Below, one piece after another: positions 12,970 to 24,900 of a stretch of 64,000 nt of DNA. Each line of letters opens with the position of its first letter. Position 1 is the first letter of the stretch. The DNA comes from Phoronis australis. Lineage: Eukaryota; Animalia; Phoronida. A program made the translations under genes and the position numbers. The notes under the pieces were generated by a model. The model did no database searches. It saw only the letters and a list, made by a program, of their open reading frames with translations, and was not told the DNA's origin. The DNA is taken from the NCBI GenBank assembly GCA_002633005.1, contig NMRA01000157.1, positions 677,192-741,191 on the forward strand, read 5' to 3'.

Positions 12970-15900
12970 ATGTCAACCGTCATAGTATGAAATTTTCAAA
13001 CTTATGTTGGTTAATTCAATGAAGTATCTCCGTTTTCCGATTTGTTTCGTTCCCTGAACATGAATCAGCTGTTTTCGTTTTGTTTTGTTTGATGAATTAG
13101 CAGTTGATGAGCAACTAATAAGCCCTGGGGGACATGTGCATTATTGTGTGAACAAGGGGTCTGAATTTCAAAAGTTTTCATGGCTTGTTGGGTTTCTGAT
13201 TTGACCCGTTTTCCTTGAAAAATGATCTGCGATGATTTTGTTGTGTAGAAAATTTCAGTGACTTCAACCAGGACTTGAATCCAGGTTGCACACTTGGGAG
13301 CCAGCATCTAAACCAAACGGCCAAGATGTAATTGCTGCCTGACAAGCAATTTATAGAGGCAATATATGGTTGTACGTCACAGCCGGAATTCACATGTCAC
13401 AAAACTCCCCCCCCCCACCTTCGAGGAACCGGTGCGTCTCTTGGCTACAGATCTCAGCAACTTCCTACTATTCTTGAATTTACCTTCAGAAATTGCCGGC
13501 CTCTCAGAACAAATAATAACACCTCAAGGTTTCTTTGTGAGGGCCAATGTAGAAAATTCGGTGATTCTAGGATTTGAACCCTGGTTGCAGACGTGGGAGC
13601 CGAGCATGTAAACCGTTCAGAGGCAAGCGCTTAAAGAGGCTTTATGTGGCTGTACACCTGGAAGTCACGTGTCACAGCAGTGGTGAACCTCACTGTGTTT
13701 GAACTTGTGGCCATGCTAACAGCCATGTGAAGATTATCGTCAAAAAGCTAAGAACCATTGTGTGTTGAGCTCCAATAGACCTCATAATTACACACTGCCC
13801 AAGGAGTTCTCCTCACTTATATCAACATGTAGAGCTAACGACCTTGACGGGGGTGCATCCAAAATCTAATACTGTATTTCCCCTAATAAGCGACCTGGGC
13901 GCTTAAAAAATTCGGGCTTATTATAGCCTAAGGTGGTTGACGCCCGGTCTCCAAAACGGATGAAATCGTAAACTAGGATTCATCAAACTTATGCTCTGTG
14001 ACACATCTGTAACCTATGACAGACTTACTACAAAACTGGGGTGCATTGCTATCAAACTTTGTTGTTAAATTACGATCATTTTTCAGAAAATCGTGCTAAA
14101 ATCCCAGTGCGAAAACTCACCAACTGATGCATTGTTACCTCACGATTGTCGATAGGTCAACTTGAATTCTTGAATAAAAATACAGTTTCGACTCAACAAG
14201 TTAGCTGAAGTCCTCCTTAAGTTTTTTAAATAGCATCCCTAAGATTTCTAAGTTCATTTGGAGTCAAAATTAACTGCATATTAAGTCCAAATCTGCACTA
14301 GATCATTCCCCGCAACATGAAAAAAATCTAGATGAACACGCATGTTTTTTGTCAGGTGATGTTTGTTTTGAAGTTCATCTGCGTGTGTGTGAGCGAACGT
14401 GTGCCAGAGTAAACACCATGTAATGATCTAGGTGTGCATTGTAACTAAAGAAATTAACACAAGCAGTAAAGCAGAGCTTGTTTTATTTAGCACTTGTTGA
14501 TTTCATCTGCTAAAAAAACGTTCAAGAATTGTCTTGGTAAGGCCGATAGTAAATGTCATTGAGTCGCCGGGTGACTGGATGCGTGACAGTTTAACAGTCA
14601 TTTTCCGGGAGATTCAGGGGGTGTAAGAGTGTGGAAGTGTTGGCTAGCAGTGGGTCGTTTTGACTTGAAGAATACCAATTATAATTAATTTAATAATTCC
14701 TCCTAAAAATAACAGAAACCTTTTTTACGGTATTAGAAACTTTTGGAAATTAGTGCCAATATTTATTTCTTGTCAATGCTATGCTATTCGTTTCATGAAT
14801 AGATAGTTCCCGAAGACATATGTCTTTGATGACAGGTACTTGTATGTAGCACGTGCTTCCTGGCCACGTGCTTTTAACACCGGTCAAGTTTTTATTTGTC
14901 TTCGATTCACGGTTTACACTTGTACAAAGAAATTTAGATTCCTGTTGAGGAAGAAGATCTGTATGGGAAAGATACAATACAATCCCGTTGGCCAGTACGC
15001 TGCGTCTGGTCTCAAAGGCCAGACCGTAATGGGACACGTTTCTTGCACGATCAGAAAAACTTTTGCGTTCTTTTTGAAGCACGGTGGAAGTTTGAAGTGT
15101 ATAGTCACAGCTAAATACCGACATAGTGGCGAAGCTCGTGGTCTACAAATTCCATGCACAATGGTTCTTTCAGGGCTGTCAGATGTTATTGATAAATTGA
15201 AGACGTTACTGTAGAATTTTAGAACTGTAGGTAAGGCATTTTTCACATGTACACGTTCATAGGCTGGGCGCTTATAGGGGTAAAAAGCCATTTGCGTAAT
15301 TTTTGTGACCTCTCTCGCGAGATGACAGCTTTGCGGCAGCAAAATTTGCTCTGACATTAGGTTTGCCGATATTAAAATACGAAAAGCTGATAATAAAACG
15401 AGATCAGTTGGGATGAATTTTGTGACATTTTTGCAGCCTTGTGGGAAACGAACAGTTGATTGAAAAGTCATTGAAAAAAGAAACTGGCCAATATTGTTGA
15501 CGCTATATTTGATGGCACGGATGGCCAACCCATAAGATCACTCCATAATTTTAGCAGCAGGCTAATGATAGAATGTATATTTTTCTAATACTGGTAAATA
15601 ATTTAGTTTACTCATGGCGGTATAGTTTTTAATGACAATGATTTTGTGTCAGGTTTTATTTGGTCAGTATTTTAACCACATCAGCACAAAACTTTATATT
15701 TAATATACAGCTTTGTACCAAGGCTAGTGAACCATTGACCCTCTCTAGGTAGGCAACATGTAGCCCTCAGCTGGCTGGCGAGAGCCTACAACATCACACA
15801 TCAATTTCTATACTAATTTCAGCCCCGTGTATTTTTTAAAAGGGCGGTAGTTCAAATCGGGTCACAACTAAGAGGTTTTCATCTTGCCAAAAATACATTG

Positions 15901-18900
15901 TATTTTTCGAATGATTTCCTAAAAAAGCGCTTTCTTCAGCAATCCTTCCTGGTTCTTTGCCTATCCTGGATGAAGCATGTCAACAGGAAATAATACGACT
16001 TTGGTGAAGAATTCCAACTTCGCTTTTTGGTTGCGGTTAACTTTCTCACGAAACGCGATAACCTCAAAACATTTCAATGGACATCGAGCATTAAGCCGCA
16101 ACAAGAGACTGAGGGGAGTGTGTGACCTGGCGGTTGGCATTTGCAAAAAGTCGCATGGGAAGATATACGTAGGAGCTTGAATTGTGTCCCAATGACTTTT
16201 TGTTCATGAACTGGCATGATTTTGCATGACTTATGCAAAATAGCACCAGCGAGGAAAGCGCAAGTGAACCTCTACAGGTTTTAATGTTGACTAAATTGTT
16301 TCCAGAGCCATGGTATGTGTTAATTAAAACTCACTGCATATATTCACATGCTTCATTCAATGTTATTCACTGTACTTTGAAGTGACAGTTGCCTCTTGGC
16401 CGAATAGTTTGGATGCTGGACTCTAATGCCGTGTGTTCAATACCCTACATTTGCTTATAGATTTTATACGTCTATGTTTGAAAACGAGACCAAAAGCCTT
16501 ATTCACAAATTTTTATCCTCCATCACCTTTTTCTATAAAAACTGTCTAAAATTTTACTCCTTTCACAAATTTTCATATGGGAGCTGGGTATAGGATCACA
16601 ATGTAGGATGCAAAAGTTCAACCCTTTCCATAAAATGCTTGGGTTTTCATTTTCCTTGTTTTGTTGAATCTGACCTCTTTGGGTATTGCGTTAAGATCTG
16701 CAAACCACTCTTTTTATGAATTTTGACATGCCTCCCATGTCATTTGCTAATAACGAAGCTGTGGTCATCTTTCAGAAATGTGGCACTTGTGCATACCTTT
16801 CTAAAAGTTAGCGACATCTGTTGGTGTACTGTTATACAAGCTACTGGACTCCCTGAACCAGACACTGTACGAGGGGTTCATCTAGCATTTGAAAATTATG
16901 GTGCCCAAAATGGGTTTCCCAATTTCTCAGGGCGTCCATGACTAATGACACGTGACAGCATTTTTATGACCCCAAGTCAAATTATAGTGGAGGCATTGTT
17001 CTGTATAAATATTGTATCTTAAATCATATCTTAAGTTTGACTAACAGCCCAATGAGCTCTCAGTGCTGCTGTTAGTATCTGCATACTTGCTTACTATACC
17101 TGGGCTTTCAAATCCTGAACAGGACATCCTGCATCAGGTTGTCCATTAAGTGAAGGGCTACACTGTATGGGCTGAAGCCCTATGAGGTTTATACAGCAGG
17201 AGTCCATATTTGAACGCAATGTAGGAATTTGTCACCCCTTTTAGAATTGTTCTTAGCAACGTTTCCTAATTCTATCCATACTGTTGGTGAAGTATGTTTT
17301 TTTCCAAGTGATGATATCAGTAAGTTATCACGGTTATATTATGTTTTACTTTGGTATTACTTTAGGCTTTTACTCAATTTTTTAAGTACTAGTTTTTATT
17401 TAGCAACCTATTTGCCCCTTCGCTTTTCTTTGGCTGGTGCAATGTGTTGGCAGTCTTTGGCATTGTCTCAAACTGAGGATATCAAATCACCATTGTCCAT
17501 TTTAGTCGTCTACCGTCATCAAGTTGCATCAAAAACATTTTCAATCTCAACTTTTAAGTGGAAACTTCTATAGTGTCCCAGCATGCCAGTGGCAACTTTG
17601 CAGTTTCCTTTATTTCAGACCTGATCTGGTACCTATTGCTTCGTAACAGTGGTAGTTTTAGTTGTATGAAACAAACCATGCTTTTAGGAATCAGCAATCA
17701 GATTGACAATAGATTTTATTGTTACAATTTGCAATCTGTGTCTTTACCCTTTCCAGATTGTAAGAATACAGTCCCCAACTCATGGAACTAAGCGAATACA
17801 GACAAGGGCTACGGAAAGACTTGATGAGTTCTTTTCTAAGGTTATCTCTTAACTTTAATTAGAATTATTGATAATTTAACTAATGACTGATAGTTATGTG
17901 AGTTTCTTTTAGAGTGTAAGTTAACTTTCAGTTTCACATTTGTTGCATTGTTTTGATATGTTTAAGCTGTTGTTCAATGTATGCATGATGTTCCTTTATT
18001 GTTTTTACTTTTATCAAATCGGTGTTGATATAACAGGTTCGAAAAGAGTTTGGTTTGGACAGCAGTGGTTGGCTTGTGTATCAAGATAGAGAGAGGACAA
18101 GGCCCATCAAAAGTTCACGTAGCAAGACCCTCAATTCAATTAAAGTCCGGTAATGAACTGTTTTATTTATTTTCATTGTTCTTTTACATTAAACAGTTGT
18201 GTGATGACTATCTAACAGGTATTTCAACAATTTTAAATATAAATATCCCTGTGTTATGGGCACATTTTATAGTATATAATTTATAACACCGTTTTTTATT
18301 CTTGTGGTGACTTGTGGTATAAGATGGGTGATATGTTATCATCTAGACAGACCAGACAGTACTATTCATCTCCGTAGGAGTTGAAAATCATCTTCACTTG
18401 AAGTACATTAATGTGTCATTTATTTACCACAAAAGTATGTTGCTCTGACACTAAGGGCTGTTCCAGCAAAATCTGTATGGGAGGGGGGGAGAGGCACTTT
18501 TATTTCGTACCCACCGCCCATATTTTTCATTTATTTCTCCAACCCATGACCCATAATTTTTTAATTATTTTTAATAGGTTAAAATATAAAATCCAACACT
18601 TGCAAACAAATTGCCTCCAGGAGGACCTGTTAAGACCTTAGATGATTGACAGACAAGAACTAGTTGTCTTGTCCAATATTGTCAAAAACTAAAGTAGCCT
18701 GTGAGCAATACTTTTGGCAGCCACCAGGTGTCTCTGTTCACCATGTGTCTATAATTTCAATGAACATTTTTTCAATTATAAGGATCTATGAATCTCAAAC
18801 TGTCTCCACGAACTCTTTTATACTTCTATGTCAAGTGAATATTGGAACTTGTTTATCTTACTCCTCATACTTTTTATTTAAAAATCATCAATTTTCTAAT

Positions 18901-21900
18901 ATGTGTTAACACCAGTTTAGTGTTGCATAACTTTTCAATTCAATAGGACTGCAGACAAACAGTTGGCTCAAATCAAGTTGCCCATGACTTGATTAATGGC
19001 TTAGTGAACATATTGCACTCTGTTCACTGGCAATATGGGCTTTTTTTGTATTGGGATAAATTAGGATATATGCATTTTTTTTTAGTTTTGAGGGCTGAAG
19101 TAACCAACCTGTCAACATTAACAGGTCAAAAAATACCACCCATTTTTAATGCATCACTTCTTACAGGAACGACACCTATAATTTGTGTTTTTTTCTGAAG
19201 ACAACCACCCATGAATTTTTATTTCTACTGCCGTCCCCCCCCTCCCACACGGATTTTACTGGAACAGCCCTAAGTTTGTTTTTTTTTTTTTGTTCGCACG
19301 ATACAGGTCGCAATTTTCGTCCGATCATCACGAAATTTACACACAACACGTACTTCCAGAAGTACTGTAAGCCTATTGTTTTTCGTCAAAATCGGATCCA
19401 AGATGGCGGCTGTGGTGGCCATTTTGTTTCCATTTAAAGGTTCAAATGCTTCTGGAGGCTACAAATTTTTTACGTAAAAGGCTAAGAATCGGCACAGTAA
19501 ATGGACCGGAAGTTTGCTACAAGTGTACTGGAAATTGTTTACTTCCGGTTAAAGATGGCGGAAATATCGGCGATCGCGCATGCGCACCTAGATTTTGGCC
19601 TAAAAACGTTTTCTCCTCTAGAGGGCGTATTATAAGATCAATTCCTTCGAATTTTTACAGGTATTAGTTTCTTGTAACATGCTATTATACAAAGCCGAAA
19701 AACCGGAAGTTGCTTTCAAGATGGCGGATATGGCGCATGTTGACCCATTATCAGTCGTCTGGAGTGCGATTTTAAACGGGAAGAGAAAAAGACGTAATTT
19801 TTTGCATGTAGATTCTTTGAAGTATAATCTTTCAAATGGCCTGTAACAATTTTTTTCTTAGACTTACCGTTTTCGAGTTATTTGACTTTGAATTTCTTTA
19901 AAAAAACGCAAAATTTCATTTTTTTCGAAAAATTTACGGAATTAGGCGATACCGTCAGTTTAGATAGAATTTTCAATGGGCTTTCAGAAGATGTTTTCCA
20001 TTTTTCGCTAGGACGTCTACTTTTCGAGTTATTTTAGATTTTCTGATAACGCTGTTCCTTTGTTGAGCGCTCTTGCTGTATTGATGTTGGTTTGCCTTCT
20101 TTTGAGTAGACTGTAGCCTATTTCTTATTGATTTATGACATCTAAGTTCGTCATATGAATGTTGTGATGTTGTTCATCATCGCCACCACCATCATCATAT
20201 TCGTCATCATCTTCGTCATCATCTCCGTCGTTGTCTTTTCCGTTAATTTCGCCAAGTGTCGCTCAAGAATGTAGCCTTTTTCTTACTGATTTCGGACTTC
20301 TATGTTCGTCATGTGTATGTTATTATTACTTCTTTTGTTCATCCTCGCCACCATCGTCATCATATTCGTCATCATCTTTATCGCCATCTTTTTGGTTAAT
20401 TTCGCCAAGTTTCGCTCCTCAGAGCGCTTTCATTTTCAAAATTGCTCCTTTTTCTGGGGTTTGTAACATTACTGTAAGTGTTAACAGTTCAAAATATTTC
20501 ATCTCGTGGTAGCGGTAGTACAGAACCTTTGAAATGGTAAAACTTTTATTTGGTATTATTTATCATTTTTGAAAAAGCTAAAATATAATTTCTCATAGTG
20601 GAATGGATGTTCATTATCCGACTCCATTAATAAGTATGAGTGATGGTAAAATGCGTGCTTGGAGTCTGGTGAGCCTTTGGATCTCATAGCTTTTGGGTCC
20701 TACTCGGGCTCTTCTTCAGTGCCAACTGATGTAGGACCTAAAAGCTGTGCGATCCAAAGGCTCACCAGACTCCGAACAGGTAACTTACTATCACCAGGAA
20801 GAGATAACCAGGAAGGGACAACCAACTAAACCCCCGTTTTTGGCCTCCTTCCCCGGACTAATTTCAGGACTTCAGTTTCGTTTAAAAGGAAACAGATGAT
20901 TTTATCAGAGAGATTAAAGCTTTTTCTATAGAAGGATATCAAAAAACTCACTTTGTAACCTTAAATAGTGGTGTAATTGTACTTTGAAAATATCAACTTC
21001 AGCGCACGCAATCGCAACTTCCCACACGCAGTCACGGGTATTTAAGCTTTTCCGTCGATGTATAGATGGCGCAGTAGTCAAGTACTCCCTCATTTGCATA
21101 TCAAATTTGCATGTGGGAGTTCTGAGACTCTCGTCAGTTTAGTTGTTGTCGAGCGCTTGAGTGGATAAAGCGGTGACCTCCCGCTGAGAGCACGCGCTGA
21201 TGAAGGTACCACAGCTAACTCGATCACTTCGCAATCAGGAGGTGAAAACACTCTCATGACCGCAGTTCTGAATTCCAGCTAAGCAAGCCCTATTTCGACG
21301 AGCGGATTGAATTGTTTTCGTCCCCAGACTGTAGATTGCAGAGAAGATTAGAATGAGGTCAACATCGAACTTTCTGCGGCTACCTATCGTGTTGACAAAA
21401 GTTTGAAGTGTCAGAACCGTAGACGGAGCGCGCGGGATGTCTATGATTCCTATTCTTCAGTTGACCAAAACATTGCTATCGGCATAAAAAATGACCGTGG
21501 GAAATTCATTTTGAGGTGGACACCTGTATCCAAGAATAAATATTAATACTCTGTTATATCTCACCCTCCGCGTTTCGTTTCTTTGACGTTGTTTGAGGTT
21601 GCGGTATCGTGAAACAACGCCGTCGGGTGAGAGAAGTTGCACCGAATAACTGGAATTGGCTGCAGTTCTGTCCTTTAGAATGCCCGGACTCAACTGTGCC
21701 GTTTTCTTGGCAAGTCTCTTGCCTGCCGAAATTTTTCTGAACATTGAAGACATAGGCCTTCTCCTGCGCCAGTCAACCTCTTATCTGCTACAGAAATGTT
21801 ATGCCTAATTTTCTACCATTTTAGCACATTTTGCGGCTCTGCTACAATTAGCACTGCCATAATAGTATTTCTTAATTCCGCCACAGTATGCATACCTGGA

Positions 21901-24900
21901 AGTTAGTTTTGCTAAGTGTTTTTTACAAATTAAGCCACAACAGTTGTTCATCATTAAATGCCTCAGATTCCTCGACCCCATGGACACTTCCGTCAACACA
22001 AAACACACCCTTGCCATTCTTAAAAATTCTTATGTGCTATAATTGCTTCGAAGGACCGGCAGTAACCGTGGCTAGAATGGCGGCAGCTTCGCGACTAAGT
22101 CTACAGCTAAATCCTGTTGAAATTCCCCATACTTCAAAATTCTTGTTTGCAGGAGCCTTCAATGGTTTTCATAATAAGAGACTAGAAATCCGAGTTGTCA
22201 CGCACGCCCACTGGCCTGCTGCTGCCTTACATTTTCACTGGTCACTTTGCTACAGTCAACTTGCGCAATAGCCAAATTAGTGTCCACATTTGTGGTCACG
22301 TGCCGGGTACAGGCCCATGAGACAAGTTGCAGCAATAAATTCAATACGAATCCATAAACCCTTTTACACGCACAATTAAATGCGCAAAACTGCTCCTGTA
22401 TTTCTTAAACCTTTAATTTAATGCTCAAGCTATACAACGAGTGCGTGTTGAAACACAACATTGACTTTGGACCAAAGATGTACTCCTTGCATCAGGACCT
22501 TAGTAAGCGGGGGGAGGGCGAGTGCCACCCCCAAAAAAATGCATGCCTCAGGGTTAAACCATGGCAACCGACAAAGGTGTGCGGGTGGGGAAAGACAAAA
22601 AAGAAAGACTTCGAATACTGATCAGAGAGAAAACTCAAGATAACTTTGAAAACTCGGTATCAGTGTATGGTTTACCATTTGAGGGCCCTGACCAGGACAA
22701 TTGTTGTTAGGGTCTCCGTTTTTGCAGCATAGGTCGTCTAAGCGCNNNNNNNNNNNNNNNNNNNNNNNNNNNNNNNNNNNNNNNNNNNNNNNNNNNNNNN
22801 NNNNNNNNNNNNNNNNNNNNNNNNNNNNNNNNNNNNNNNNNNNNNNNNNNNNNNNNNNNNNNNNNNNNNNNNNNNNNNNNNNNNNNNNNNNNNNNNNNNN
22901 NNNNNNNNNNNNNNNNNNNNNNNNNNNNNNNNNNNNNNNNNNNNNNNNNNNNNNNNNNNNNNNNNNNNNNNNNNNNNNNNNNNNNNNNNNNNNNNNNNNN
23001 NNNNNNNNNNNNNNNNNNNNNNNNNNNNNNNNNNNNNNNNNNNNNNNNNNNNNNNNNNNNNNNNNNNNNNNNNNNNNNNNNNNNNNNNNNNNNNNNNNNN
23101 NNNNNNNNNNNNNNNNNNNNNNNNNNNNNNNNNNNNNNNNNNNNNNNNNNNNNNNNNNNNNNNNNNNNNNNNNNNNNNNNNNNNNNNNNNNNNNNNNNNN
23201 NNNNNNNNNNNNNNNNNNNNNNNCCCCATGAGTGCGCTCATGGTCAGGGCAGAAGTTGTACATTGACAATAATTATTTGAATAATGTAAATATAAATAAA
23301 GATTCCCCTAACACCTGGCCGTGGGATGAAAATCGAGTTGTTTCACAACAGTTTCTGCCATCAAACACTAAATTAGCATGAGCTCACACGGCCTCGGTGT
23401 CCCGTCAATTAGTTTTATTGCACCTAAAGCCGGTAACGCAGTGATTATTCATTGCTGGCTTCTCAAATCATTTGCACTCAGGAACACTCCAAAGGCATTA
23501 CAAATTGCATATAATGAGACAGACTTTGTTTCAGTTTTATATAAGTATTGGTTAAGGTGAGAATAATTCATTTTGAAACAGAACGCTCAGTAATAAACGT
23601 CAACATGGCAACTCGCAATCCCCCGACGAAGACTTCGCAGGTGGATCGTTAGGTTTCACAGGCTATCAGTTCGAACAGGAATACAGTGATGAAGAAATAC
23701 TAAAGAGGCGCCGTGAACAAGCTCAGACAACGGAACGTAGGGATAGTTATTTGGCAAGCTGGCATTCGTCAGGCACTCACGCGGCTGTCGACGACTGCAG
23801 GCCTCAGGCAAGGAGATGTTCCACGGCCTCATACTTGGTATTTACAGCGTACTTTTCATTCTTCACTACTGCGATCCACTTCCTAAACATTTCGGACTCT
23901 CGAGGAAGTCGAAAAAACGATATACTCGCTTTCCTCGCAGCTGCATAGTTCACCCAAGCGGGAACGATGCACCGCAACATAGCGGCATTCACTCTGCAGA
24001 TGAACCACTGACGTCACTAGCGTCGTTTCTCACCTTCCTCATAGGTTAACGCGACACCTCTTGGCAAGGTAAGGTCGACCGTGTGCGAGGCGATGTGGAT
24101 ATAGACCGATTAATAAGGCAAAAAAGACTAATTAAATCGGGTGGCATTCTCCTTTAATTCAGTTCAAGTTTTTCAGTGGTTAATAGGCGGTGCACTACAG
24201 GGGGGCTGAGGGGGCTTTAGCCCCCACTTTTTTCAGTGCTGCGCCCTCTATACACCTCCGACATGACACTACCAACTACTCACGAGGGGAAGTTGAGATC
24301 CCAAATTCATAAAAAACACAAAACATTCGTGAACAGCACAGAAGCTGTCTTGTAAGGAATGGCGATGCGTCACTGAACTTAGTTGATGGCTGAAGGCTGA
24401 CTTGCAAACATTCGATCCATCATCAGACCACCACTCGCAAAGAAGGACACTAAACCATAACAGTGATATTCATGAATGTATTGAATTAAAAACTAGACTA
24501 AAGAAATTCAAAAATTTACAAACCGTAGATCGGATCGAAATAGAAGTTCAAGTCATTGCTCATAAATTTGGAAGATTGTCTTTACATTTCCTTGATGCTT
24601 GTAGTTCCCAGTAGTATTGTGCAATGAATTTAGGTTCCTCTAAACCGAATCGTTTGCTTGACATTCCCTTGCATACTGCAAAGGCTGGACACGTCGTGAC
24701 TCAGTGACGCACCCACGTTAAAAATAAGGTGTAGTCATGCAGTAGGCTGCCCGCGTAGAATCCGCGCACAGTGATTGACGGGAAAAGAACTTGAACTGCA
24801 GGGGTTGAAGTGTTTGCATTTTTGGGACGCGCGTTCCATAGCATTTTCCCAGCCGCCTGGCAGAAGCTGGACCAGTGGGCGTGTTTGAACAAGGAATTTT

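Noticed and set aside
14914-15528. 204-aa minus-strand ORF
   Set aside because: Antisense shadow of the HIRAN-like frame, running across a repeat junction.
22622-23269. Long ORFs full of X
   Set aside because: They read through the N gap.
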